Translations under genes and position numbers: made by a program
The notes under the pieces: model-generated
The model's input: the letters and a program-made list of their open reading frames with translations, nothing else
What the model was told of the DNA's origin: nothing
The model's database searches: none
Origin: Octopus sinensis
Taxonomy: Eukaryota
Length of the DNA stretch: 64,000 nt
Direction: 5' to 3'
NCBI RefSeq assembly: GCF_006345805.1
Contig: NC_043002.1
Coordinates: 11,346,001 to 11,410,000, forward strand
Shown here: positions 12,500 to 24,410 of the stretch, one piece after another
Layout: the number at the start of each line of letters is the position of its first letter
Position numbering within the stretch: position 1 is the stretch's first letter

Positions 12500-12910
12500 A
12501 TCTCTTTTACTCTTTTACTTGTTTCAGTCTTTTGACTGCGGCCATGCTGGAGCACCGCCTTTAATCGAGCAACTCGATCCCGGGACTTATTCTTTTGTAA
12601 GCCCAGTACTTATTCTATCGGTCTCTTTTGCCGAACCACTAAGTAACAGGGACATAAACACACCAGCATCGGTTGTCAAGCAATGCTAGGGGGACAAACA
12701 CAGACACACAGACACACCCACGCATATATATATATATACATATATACGACGGGCTTCTTTCAGTTTCCGTCTACCAAATCCACTCACAAGGCTTTGGTCG
12801 GCCCGAGGCTATAGTAGAAGACACTTGCCCAAGGTTCCACGCAGTGGGACTGAACCCGGAACCATGTGGTTGGTAGACAAGCTACTTACCACACGGCCAC
12901 TCCTGCGCCT
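12500..12910 (-). mobile_element. SINE family B, full length
   Basis: Reverse complement of the 3537-3973 structure. Confidence 0.9.
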
Positions 12911-13260
12911 GTTATTTTATTTTTGATCTTTTACATAAATGAAGATGTATCCTTTGTATTACTGCTTTTATTTACACGAAATGAGAAGATTCAACAGTTA
13001 TTTTAACGAGTCGTGTCTTTTTATCATCCGGAGCGATACACCTGCACCGTCGGATGCTCCTGAAACAGTTGTTAACTATCCTACTCGTGAGGGATCGATG
13101 CTAGATATATCGAAACAATTGTCGTGATTAGTAAAAAGTCTCGTATTTTCCATCTTCTGTCTTTCATCTACCACACATACACACGCACACACACACACAT
13201 ATCATGTGGGCAGTCATCTAAAAGTTTTTGCTCTTCATGGTGCTGACATAAGTTCCTTGT

Positions 13261-13343
13261 CTTTCCTGATGAGATGGCGGCATAATACACCCTTTATTCC
13301 TTCGGAATTAGGAATATGCAGCCTTCGAAACATGTGTCGAGAG
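13261..13343 (+). ncRNA. Type I hammerhead ribozyme-like motif, canonical core
   Basis: Stem I CTTTC/GAGAG; CTGATGA 13266-13272; stem II GATGGCGGCATA/TATGCAGCCTTC (10 of 12 pairs, G10.1-C11.1); GAAA 13327-13330; helix III ACATGTGT; GUC triplet. Confidence 0.75.
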
Positions 13344-13767
13344 TAAAGGAATTTTGTTAAAATCGTCGTTCGACTCCATTCTTTCATTTATTCATAGTTA
13401 AAAAAACACACACAAATTTACACACGAGAACACGGGATCCCTGCCCTTGGCATATAGCTTCAACCGTGTTTTCTGACGTGAATTTGCTACCCAGGTATCG
13501 GTTAACCGAATTATCCATACTAGGATAATTCATTCACCTTCTTATATATATATATATGTATATCAAATAAAATCAAAAGCAGAACACAAAGGATGTCGCG
13601 GTACACGTGTTTTAAGCTTTATAAACGACCTGTTCTTACATCAGTGTATAATAGATATAAAGGATGGTTTAAAGCTCTCCTCAGCCGCATGCATTGTTAT
13701 TCCAAAGAGTTACATCACACCATGAAAAATATGAAAAGTACATGTAGTATTATCCATAATAATAGAT

Positions 13768-13968
13768 ATATCATATCTCCCTGAGAGAGTGTATTTGTAA
13801 AATTTCATAACCAAATAGGCGTATAGGGTATCATTGGATTTCGAAAATCTGTCCATACTGTATCACCAGACAACATAGAGTGAATGTTAAATAGATTTGA
13901 ATGAGTTCATTCCTCTTCTATTTGGTTATGAAATTTTACAAATACACTCTCTCAGGGAGATATGATAT
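13768..13968. repeat. Perfect 51-bp inverted repeat with 99-bp spacer
   Basis: 13768-13818 is the reverse complement of 13918-13968. Confidence 0.9.
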
Positions 13969-13984
13969 ACCCATATATACCTCC

Positions 13985-14350
13985 TCACCTCTGCCACTAG
14001 CTGGCGTATACAGGTGCTTACACTGATCAAGTATTTACAGTCGCATCATCAACTCCTTCACCTGCACCTCCAGCAATATTATCTATTGCGTCTCTTGCTC
14101 TCTCTGCCATTCCCTGTACATCGGACAAACGGGACGCCGCTTGGCTGACCGGTTCGCGGAACACCTTCGTGACATCCGCCTTGCGAACGACACACCGGTC
14201 TCACGCCATTTCCGCTCCACCGGTCACTCCTTGCAACACCTGTCTGTGTTCGGTTTGTCCTTACACAGAGGCCATCCGGATTCCCGTTTGCGCCGTGAAC
14301 AGGAATTAATCTTCTCTCTTCGCTCTTATACGCCATTTGGTCTCAACTCT
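13985..14350 (+). mobile_element. Penelope-like element GIY-YIG endonuclease fragment
   Basis: Open frame from 14057: FTCTSSNIIYCVSCSLCHSLYIGQTGRRLADRFAEHLRDIR...RHF...H...RLRREQELIFSLRSYTPFGLN. Confidence 0.92.
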
Positions 14351-14935
14351 CCCCCCTCCTCATCTAACCCCCCTCTCCCCCCTCCTCATCTAACCTCTCC
14401 CCGACCCCTACTTCTCTTCAGTTCTTCATCCTTTCACCCCTACTCCTCTTCCCTTCTTCCCTCTTTCTCCCTCCCTCCTTCTTCCTTCTTCCCCTTCCCT
14501 CTGCTCCCTCACTCCCCTCTCTCTCTCCCCCTCCCTCTTTCCTCCTCCTCTCCTTCCTCTCCCCTCCTCTTCTCCTCTCCTTCCTTCTCCCCCTTCCCCT
14601 TCCCCCTCCCCTCTCCCCCTTACCCCTCCCCCTCTTCTCCTCTCTCCTCTCTCTACACCATACGACTTTACACATCACATCATATATACATACACACGTC
14701 CAGACCTCTCATACGCACTAATACTCTCTCATACATACACACACTCTTCTCATACACACACACACACTCTTATGTTGGAGTGAGGTCATTCAACCCTATT
14801 ATCTCCCCTAATTTCGCTCTTGCGTCTCATGTTTGATCTTTGACTTCTGGCCGAAATCAGATCGCCATGTTGATTCGCTAGCTTCTGCACGCAAATTTTT
14901 TTTCTCTCCTTCTTTCTGTGTTTTTTCTCTGTGTA

Positions 14936-14973
14936 TCTTTCTGTTGAAGAGCGTAGGCTCGAAACGTCAAAGA
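14936..14973 (+). ncRNA. Minimal type I hammerhead-like motif, core CUGUUGA
   Basis: Stem I TCTTT/AAAGA; CTGTTGA; extra A; stem II GAGC-gtag-GCTC; GAAA; palindromic ACGT; GUC; downstream of the PLE endonuclease. Confidence 0.65.
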
Positions 14974-15070
14974 CTTGTTTTATTTATATTTCCTGAGCGC
15001 CATACTAATACAATTGTTTGTTTGTATTCCACCTGCCTTCGTCTTTTGTCTATTTTCATAAAGCTTCCCG

Positions 15071-15131
<61 letters not shown>

Positions 15132-15134
<3 letters not shown>

Positions 15135-15616
15135 GACCAAAACGCCCCCCCGTCCAATGGACGGTGCTGAATCATATTTGCTGAATAAAAAGCTATCAGT
15201 GTTTTTTTTTCATTAAAAAATAATTAAGCATGCCTTTATTTCAATAAAATTTTTGGTTTTGTTAAACGAAGTTAAGGCAAAAAAAAAGAAACTTCTTGAG
15301 AAACCAAATTGTCTTTCCTTCCTTCATGCCAAGTTTGAAGAAAATATCTCTTTTGCCGGATTTTTTGCGCAAACTGCACGTGCATTTTCTCGCGTACGCG
15401 TAGTATCGATCGCAACATCTGCTGTACTTGCGCGTATAAATGCACGTTCCCACGGCTTTATCAATCGCATTCTCACCTGGAATCGATTTTTGTAAGTTTT
15501 CCAAGACTTATACACGCCCTGATACCGTCGGTATCTACACATAAAATTTGAGCACAATCGGATGGAGGATGCCCGAGATCCTAGAAGACACACAGACAGA
15601 CAGACAGAACGGATTT

Positions 15617-15630
<14 letters not shown>
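15132..15630 (-). mobile_element. Helitron/Helentron-like non-autonomous element
   Basis: Minus strand starts TATATAAAA...(CTGT)n; subterminal hairpin CCGTCC-aat-GGACGG near the other end; terminal CTAG not intact. Confidence 0.5.
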
Positions 15631-15648
<18 letters not shown>

Positions 15649-15675
15649 GCACGAATACATGCAAATATGTATATG

Positions 15676-15709
<34 letters not shown>

Positions 15710-16261
15710 TGTATGTATGTCATTATTCAGTTTATTTCAAGATTTCTTGCCAATAGAGAAAGAACCGGTTTCTAACTTCGACACTTGGTAACTCAAATAG
15801 AAAAGCCTGGGACAAGTTGTTCAATGATAACTTTGACGAACATTTACCCATCTTTCTACTATCAGCATTTCCGAAAAGTGTGGTTGATCCTAGACAAGCC
15901 TCCACTACTTAAACAAATCATCTGTTTGGGTAGGCTTATAGCAACTATAATGGCTCTTAGGCTGTCATACTTTGATACCCATTCCAACTGCAGACGTGAC
16001 GTGACAGGACAGTATCAACGCCACCGAGAGCTCAAAGTGGAAGCATTTGATAGATGTGGAAGCAGTCTCAAACCATTGGATTAAACTCTTCAACAACTAC
16101 TGATCCGACAACCAACAATTCTCATAACAGCTATGTTGATCCTCCCACGAGTCTCAAACAGCCGTAGATGTTAGCATTTCGAACGCTCAATAAACTGGAT
16201 AATACCATCTGCAAGTTATATGGAATCAAAGCTCCTGTTCCCGGTTACGTTCCTGCTGAAT

Positions 16262-16450
16262 ACGTAGTAATATACGTCTGAAAGATCCTGGAAGGGATTG
16301 ACCCAAATTTTGACATTGAAAGCTACACAAATGCCAGAATGGGTGGCCACTACACAGTGCCAAAAATCCCAGCAATGCAATCGCGCTTCAGAACCAGTTA
16401 CTGCAACAGCCTGGGTTTCAGGGGCCCACAACTTTTTAATATTATCCCGA
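16262..16450 (+). mobile_element. CR1-like fragment related to 10330-10830
   Basis: Shared AAGATCCTGGAAG...CCCAGCAATGCAATC...GGGCCCACAAC. Confidence 0.8.
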
Positions 16451-16578
16451 GGATTAAGATCTTTAAAAGTTCATCTCCAACAAGCGATTTTTGTGAGTAT
16501 GGAATAAAAGATCTACCTTAGAAAATTACTATTTTTAAATCTCACAAAGTGGGATATTCAGCAATAGTACTTTGTAGT

Positions 16579-16902
16579 AAAGATTGTTTGCCAACATAAC
16601 ATGGCAGTCTTGGTTTAGGACTAATGTTACTGTAATTTAGCCTCCAGGTGACATCGTTTCCAGCTGGCTATACGACACGATCTGTGTACCTACATTTTCG
16701 AACAATTATTCTGTGCTGATGAAGGAATATAACCCGGAAATCGCGATACACAGATATTGTTTTGAGCTGAGTGGGGGTGCTAGATTCCCTTGTTCGAAAA
16801 TGTAAGGACACAGATCAGCTGGAGACGATGTCTCCTGGGGCTAAATTACAGCAACATTCGTCCTAGACCTGGACTGTCATGTTATGTTGGCAAACAATCT
16901 TT
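16579..16902. mobile_element. Foldback element (arms of about 115-125 bp) with hammerhead in the loop
   Basis: 16579-16704 imperfectly reverse-complements 16791-16902. Confidence 0.8.
16710..16754 (+). ncRNA. Minimal type I hammerhead-like motif
   Basis: Stem I TCTGTG/CACAGA; CTGATGA 16716-16722; short stem II; GAAA 16737-16740; perfect palindrome ATCGCGAT; AUA triplet. Confidence 0.72.
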
Positions 16903-17007
16903 AAAAGATCTACCATTGGCGATTTTGAAGATGTCAATGTTATAACCATTTCCGCAAAAAATGGTAGATATGAGATTTGTGGAAACTACAGAGTGGTATC
17001 TCTATTA

Positions 17008-17172
17008 TAGGCGCAGGTACGGATGAGTGGTAAGAAGCTTGCTTCTCAACAACATGGTTCCGGGTTCAGTCCAACTGCGTGACAGCTTGAGCAGGCGTCT
17101 TCTACAATAGCCTCGGGTCGACCAAAGCCTTGTGAATGAATTTGGTAGACGGAAACTGAAAGAAGCCCGTCG
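17008..17172 (-). mobile_element. SINE family B, 5' half
   Basis: Reverse head and core next to (TA)/(TACA)n. Confidence 0.8.
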
Positions 17173-17204
17173 TATATATATACACATACATATATATACA
17201 TACA

Positions 17205-17242
<38 letters not shown>

Positions 17243-17247
17243 ATATA

Positions 17248-17295
<48 letters not shown>

Positions 17296-17953
17296 ATATA
17301 TAAATAAAAAAAATAACCGATTCTTTAACCTTGGATAATTTATATAGAAAAGCAATACAACTTCTACCATCATCAGTGAGCAGAAAGATGCTAACGGTGA
17401 TGGCGTTGTAAATTGAACAAACCTCCTTCTATGCATTTGTTCTCGCATACGATTTGATTGAAAAGAAAAGAACTGTTGCTCAATATCTACACAAAGTAGA
17501 AAGACGATTACTTCGAATTTCTCGTTGACGGAGTTTCATTCTTTACCTAACTTGACAACATCTTGTCCAACTCTTTCTCCTTCGAACATAACATCACCAA
17601 TCGGCTACAAGCAACAACCCATAAAGCCATTGGGCATCTCATTCACTGCGTCCTTTGCAATTGTAAATTGTGACCCCAATTGTTGTGCCCTTATCACGGT
17701 ACTTTAGTTGTAAAATCTGTAATAATTACACGTTATTGAAAATCGAATTAAATCGATTAAACAATCAATATTGAACGTCAGTCAGGATGATTATGCCACA
17801 AATACCGATGTGCTGACAAGAACAAAATCCCTATAAATCCGAACAATTATTGAAAAAAACATCAACTCCTGTGACAATGGAATAAAAGAAATGGTCAAGC
17901 ATATCCTGTTCTCTGATCTTACTCAAGGCCACCGCTTAATGAACGTATATAAC

Positions 17954-18291
17954 AATGAATCGACCGCAGTAACCGCCAGGATTATATATCTCTTGAAACT
18001 ATTATTGAAAATATATATCATGCTGTTGTATATGCCTAATTCTTCGTTTGAACTTTTCTCCAGTAGCTTAATATAAGCACTGGCGCCTCCAAGATTGAGT
18101 GATCTCAATGGTAATGGCGCGAAACCACTATGATATTTTGGGTCATTGACGGACGAGAAAAACTCTGCTGCGAATATTCCGAGTATAGTGTCTTTGTCTA
18201 TATTTCCCGTCCGTTAAGGAACATTACAAAATCCACAGAAAGATCAAACACATACCTATATTCATATATTCATTTATATCTACAGAACAGA
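17954..18291 (+). repeat. Local direct duplicate of 21237-21574
   Basis: About 340 bp nearly identical; includes the truncated left end of the 21501 MITE. Confidence 0.9.
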
Positions 18292-18789
18292 GTGAGAAAA
18301 TTTCAGGATCAAAGATGTTCCGATCGGAATCATCTTGTATCTTTTTTTATTGTATATCAGGGCTTACATTATTTAATATACATGATAAGTTGTGCTTTGA
18401 GGAAGATTTGATTTATTTGTAGCAGGCTAAATGATTGCGTGGAGGCCATCTGCTTTAGCACCACTATTTGGCCTTGGGCACCTTTAGCAAAGTCCACTCT
18501 GCAAGGGTCTGAAGTAACCCATGGGTTAAGGTGGTTCTTCTGCTTGTCCTCCTACCAGTACGAAAGTTTCTGCAAAATGTCAAAGGCGTTGTCTTTCCTT
18601 TTCTCACTAAACAAATAAATTGCTCTTTTCATTGGCTTCGTGTTTTTCTAGTTTACATATACATGTGCTAATTTAAGCTCACACTTTACCCCACGTTTCC
18701 ACATTGTATTGTGCATGTAGATACTTTTTCTATGCATTTATACATACATAAATACATTCAAATACACACATCCACCCACCCATACACAC

Positions 18790-18833
18790 ATACATGTATT
18801 TATGTATGTATGTATGTATGTATGTATGTATGA

Positions 18834-18886
<53 letters not shown>

Positions 18887-18913
18887 ATATCTATATATAT
18901 ATCTATATCTATC

Positions 18914-18950
<37 letters not shown>

Positions 18951-18965
18951 ATCTATATATTCATA

Positions 18966-19049
<84 letters not shown>

Positions 19050-19084
19050 ATATCTATCTATCTATCTCTCTCTCTCTCTCTCTC

Positions 19085-19144
<60 letters not shown>

Positions 19145-19194
19145 TATATATCTATCTATCTATCTCTATCTATCTATCTATCTATATATACGAT

Positions 19195-19228
<34 letters not shown>

Positions 19229-19300
19229 ATATATAATACGTACGGCGTATGCATGTATATATATATGCATGTATGTATGTATGTGTGTGTGTGGTGTGTG
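18790..19300. repeat. Compound microsatellite (TATG)(CT)(TA)(TCTA)(TG)
   Basis: Direct inspection. Confidence 0.95.
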
Positions 19301-20724
19301 TGTGTGGTTACATTGAAAATTTATCTATTGAAATCTGAAGAAAATGATAAAGACGGATTTTTTTTCACTTTTTCTTTTTGTTGTTGTAATACCTGACTAA
19401 CAACAAAAAGTGAAAACAGGAACGAGGTCTGGTAAGACTGTCCATTACGTAAACAGACACAAAAACAGTAAATAATCTATTTATTGACTAGAGAAGCGAA
19501 CAAAAGTAAATCCGGTTTCGTTACTAGATTTTGATTGGATAAGATTAGCGAAGGCAATGTCCACTGTCGACGCTATCTGTAAATGAAAATAATGAACAGC
19601 GAATGAATCAGCGAAGAGAACAACAATAACAGCAAACAACAATAAAAAAAAACACTTCCCAAAACAAACAAAAACACTCACTGAGATCACGATTACGATG
19701 GTTATCTATTAAAGTATTTGGAAATCAACCTGCCATCGTATCTAAATAGAGCTAAGTTATTCTAATCTCAGAATTTACTCATATTGATGGCTCAAAGTAG
19801 ACGTTTATAAACTTCAAAACAATTGAAACATTAATTTTGTGAAGCCGCGAAAGCGGAATATATCGTACTCAACATTTCTCAATCATTAACTTAGCAAACA
19901 CAGTATGCTCTTGCAATAGACTAGCTACATATGCATTTAATCTACACCTTTCAATTGTTAAATATATTACAGTAAGGATAAACAGAGAAACGCGCACACA
20001 CACACACATAGATGCATACATTCTTATATAGGCATACGCATATATATACTCATACATGCATGCTTACATACATACATAATCATGCGCATAAATGCAAACA
20101 CACGTATATATGAAACAAAACAAAACACAAGTGGTTGTTAAGATATTTAGTTGCATCATCTTACGTACATTTCATTGACATAAGGAGGTTATTAGTTACA
20201 CAATGTAAATTACATAATCAAGACTTATTGTCAAATCGCCAGAGACGTGTAAATTTTATTAGTAGCATTAATGGATTGAAAAGCTGTTTACAGAAACCAC
20301 CATCGTAGAGATAGCAAACATACATACATACATACATGATAGCTGCCCCCTCGTTATCGAGTATGGCCATTGCACGAAGCTTAACTGTTATTGGTGTTGT
20401 GATCGAATGTGACTTCTATTTGTTTTTTAAGGCTACAGCCAGCCATTCAGTTGAGACTCACAGTACCATCAACAATTATGAACAATGTTGTTATCGTGCA
20501 ATGCCTGTGCAAGAAGATTTTTCTTTAAAGTGAGGAAAGGATGTATGGCTTAAAATAATACCGAATCACAGAAGACATAATCCTGTATTATAACTGTTAG
20601 AAATAGTTGTGTGCATATATGTACATATGTGTGTGTGTGTGTGTGGTGTGTGTGTGTGTGTGTGTGGTGTGTGTACGTGTGTGTGCATGTATATATGGGT
20701 GTGTGCATGTGTGTATGTGTGTGT

Positions 20725-20975
20725 TGTTTGTTCCTTTTCGAGCCATACTTGGCTCATAAGGGCTGCTTTCCCGGTTTCATTGGCAAGCTACTAATGTAGG
20801 AGGAAAGAGTGAGAAAAGGTTGTAGCGAAAGGGTTAGCAGAAGTCCGCCATTATCTTCTTCCGGAGTTGAGGTGTTTCGCTCATAAACACTCACATCGCC
20901 CGGTCTGAGATTCGAACCCCGGTTTCCATCGACCGCGAGTCCTCTCCTCTAACCACTAGGCCATGTGCCTCCACT
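20725..20975 (-). mobile_element. SINE family C variant (tail type 2)
   Basis: tRNA head plus GTGTTTATGAGCGAAAC central block; same tail as 32295-32596. Confidence 0.75.
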
Positions 20976-21500
20976 GTGTGTATGTGTATGCGTGTATAAG
21001 TGTGAGTTATCTAATACACTTAACGATGAAACAAACCTCCATATTCAGTAGATACTGTAATATTTTAAAATATTAGGTTGTTGGAAAATACTGTCCGATT
21101 TTTCGAAAACATTAAAAAAAAATCGCATTAAAATTTTATTTATCTAGTATTTTAGAGGAAATTTTGCATGCTTAATAATTGATAATTGATGTGTACTCTT
21201 TAATAAAGAGTACATGCAGCGAAAGATATTTAATCGAATGAATCGACCGCAGTAACCGCCAGGATTATATATCCCTTGAAACTATTATTGAAAATATATA
21301 TCATGCTGTTGTATATGCCTAATTCTTCGTTTGAACTTTTCTCCAGCAGCTTAATATAAGCACTGGCGCCTCCAAGATTGAGTGATCTCAATGGTAATGG
21401 CGCGAAACCACTATGATATTTTGGGTCATTGACGGACGAGAAAAACTCAGCTGCGAACATTCCGAGTATAGTGTCTTTGTCTATATTTCCCGTCCGTTAA

Positions 21501-22012
21501 GGAACATTACAAAATCCACAGAAAGATCAAACACATACATATATTGATATATTCATTTATATCTACAGAACAGATATAAAGCCCGACGTTTAAAAATATA
21601 ATAATACATAAATAACACATATATTACGCATTGAATTTACGTTTTTTTGTATTTTTGAATTAATAAATTTTTGTATTTTTGTATTTTTGTACTTTTGTAA
21701 TTTGTATATTTATCTTTTCTCTATTTTATCTGGAATTTTAATGCGTCATTTTAATATGTCATTGTATGTTTTATTATCTCAAATTTTTTACTTAACAAAT
21801 TTTTACCAAATGTTTTATGATTTTAAACGTAAATTCAATGTGTTATATATTGAACACTGATTTTTATATATTTATATATATTTTATATGATGTTTATTCA
21901 TTTATATATTATTATATCTTTCAACGTCGGGCTTTCTATCTGTTCTGTAGATATAAATGAATATATGAATATATGTTTGTGTTTGATCTTTCTCTGGATT
22001 TTGTAATGTTCC
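21501..22012. mobile_element. Foldback MITE, possibly Kolobok-type
   Basis: Long TIRs GGAACATTACAAAATCC...GGATTTTGTAATGTTCC (>100 bp); flanks TTAA and TTTA; RR...YY termini. Confidence 0.7.
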
Positions 22013-22089
22013 TTTAGTTGCTGCTCACATTGCCACCCCTCGGATTAACAAGTGGTATACATATATATATATATTATATATATATATAT

Positions 22090-22159
<70 letters not shown>

Positions 22160-22276
22160 CAGACAGACAGAGAGATATATATACACACGGAGAATTCACG
22201 AAAAAAACAAAAGACGAAGACAAGTGGTGTAGAAAAGAAACACATGTATTAGTATAACGCTCGGGAATTGAAAAAG

Positions 22277-22313
22277 TCTTTTACGTTTCGAGTATACGCT
22301 CCTCCACAGAAAG
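22277..22313 (-). ncRNA. Hammerhead-like motif, same family as 14936
   Basis: CTGTGGA-g-GAGC-gtat-ACTC-GAAA-CGT-A-AAAGA. Confidence 0.5.
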
Positions 22314-23162
22314 GAACACAGAAAGAAACAAGGAGTGCGCAATGTGTCTTTGTGTTTGTCCTCTCTCTCGACTTGACAATCTGTGTTGCTTTGTTTACGT
22401 CCCCGTAACATAACGGTTCGACAAAATAGTCCGATAGAGAATATGCACCAGAATTTGAAAATAATTCCTGGGATCGCTTTGTTCGACTAAACACTTCACT
22501 GCAGTTCTCCCAGCATGGCCGAGTCCAGTGACTAAAACACGTGAAAGAGAACTAAAGAAAATCCTTAATCTCCCTCTTTGATTTGGCTAGAAAGAACACA
22601 CAAATCCCCTGAAATTCTTTGAAACCCCACCCTACTGCTATAAATAAATAAACGTTACAAAATGTAGTTCTAAAGAACCTCTACGAAGACTAGGTGGTCT
22701 TCTGAGAATGTGTCAGGAAATAGGTTTGTTTGATAGGGTGTTATTTGGGTCTAAAAGGCAGCAAGAACACAAAGAAACGGAATTCAACCAAGGATCGTTG
22801 CTAGAAATAGCAGTTAGAACTTCTCTCAGGTTACATTCGACAGTTTTAAAATGAGGAAGGACACATTGGATAATGTAATAATGTAATTCTGGATAAGATA
22901 ATAAAGTATAGGGCAGAGATGGTTTGAACGCTTTTGATTGTTGGCCCCTTTAATCAAGGTTAATCTGGTATTGAACCGCGTCAGAAGAAATAACAGACAA
23001 CGGCCCGTTCATTTTTCCTTGCCACTCACTGCTCTTCCTCCTTAAAATTTGTTACTCTTTTGCCCTAACCATATTTAACATTAATCCTCAAGCCAATGTT
23101 ACCCTCTTTTCAATGTCAATTTAAATATTATGCGCATTACACTATGTATAGTAGCATATATA

Positions 23163-23575
23163 TTTCTTTACTACCCACAAGGGGCTAAACATGGAGGGGA
23201 CAAACAAGGACAGACAAAGGGATTAAGTCGATTACATCGACCCAGTGCGTAACTGGTACTTTATTTATCGACCCCGAGACGATGAAAGGCAAAGTCGACC
23301 TCGGCGGAATTTGAACTCAGAACGTAACGACAGACGAAATACCTATTTCTTTACTACCCACAAGGGGCTAAACATAGAGGGGACAAACGAGGACAGACAA
23401 ACGGATTAATTCGATTACATCGACGCAGTGCGTAACTGGTACTTTATTTATCGGCCCCGAGAGGATGAAAGGCAAAGTCGACCTCGGCGGAATTTGAACT
23501 CAGAACGTAACGACAGACGAAATACAGCTACGCATTTCACCCGGCGCGCTAACAATTCTACCAGCTCACCGTATT
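23163..23575 (-). mobile_element. SINE family A tandem dimer
   Basis: Two bodies joined at the recurrent junction. Confidence 0.9.
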
Positions 23576-24184
23576 TAAGCATGGTATCATATACTTAATC
23601 ATTTCATTTCCTGCAAACGGGGTACTTAAGTATTTTCTATCTCTTTATCTGCGCGGTCTTCTTCCTATATTTCAACTTTGCTCTGAAAATCAATATCTAC
23701 GCCTATCTAGAACCTTCCCTCTTACCTCACTGATGTCATTAACAGCAAGAAACCAGTGGGTGAAATTGGGCGGGCGAAAATTGCGTGGGTGTCAGTTGGA
23801 GGGAGAATTCCTGTCTTTCTATGGCCGACTTCACCTGGCAACGAGTTTGGTACAGCAACCTGAGAACTGTTACACGTATTCGAGCTTAGTCTCCTGTCTG
23901 AGTTTTACTTCATCCCTACCTCCAACCAGTCACGGAGGATGCTTTTGATCAACAGGCACACTGCTTCCTCATTCTGTCTCTTGTATCGCTACTAGAATGG
24001 CCCTTGTTCCTCGGAGCTGGCTGTCCTCGTACATCCATCACTAAAAAAGTTATGATCCACTTGTCTGTCCCTACCTCTCATCAGCTTCACGGCCTCACAT
24101 TTATCACTGTACACGCTCCTTTCTCAGAAGATTTTCCCTCAGGAATATTCTTCCTGTTCACATCTTTCATTGAGGTGATATCCT

Positions 24185-24410
24185 ACAATTTAAACGGAAC
24201 ATTACCAGTATCAAGCACATCGGTTTTGGAGAGCCTGAAATAGCCATGGGCATTGGAAACAAAATGAATGCAGATTTTTTTAATTCTAAGTCATTAAGAC
24301 TTAGAATAAAAAAATCTGCATTCATTTTGTTTCCTTTTTATGTACTGTGTCTTGAAGAAGGGACTCCAAAACCGATGTGCTTGATACTGGTAATGTTCCG
24401 TTTAAATTGT
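24185..24410. repeat. Nested inverted repeat
   Basis: Outer arms 24185-24235 / 24361-24410; inner near-perfect arms 24255-24292 / 24298-24334. Confidence 0.9.

Noticed and set aside
21230-21460. 76-aa ORF MFAAEFFSSVNDPK..., also partly at 17923-18108
   Set aside because: No recognisable domain; apparent conservation only reflects the recent duplication
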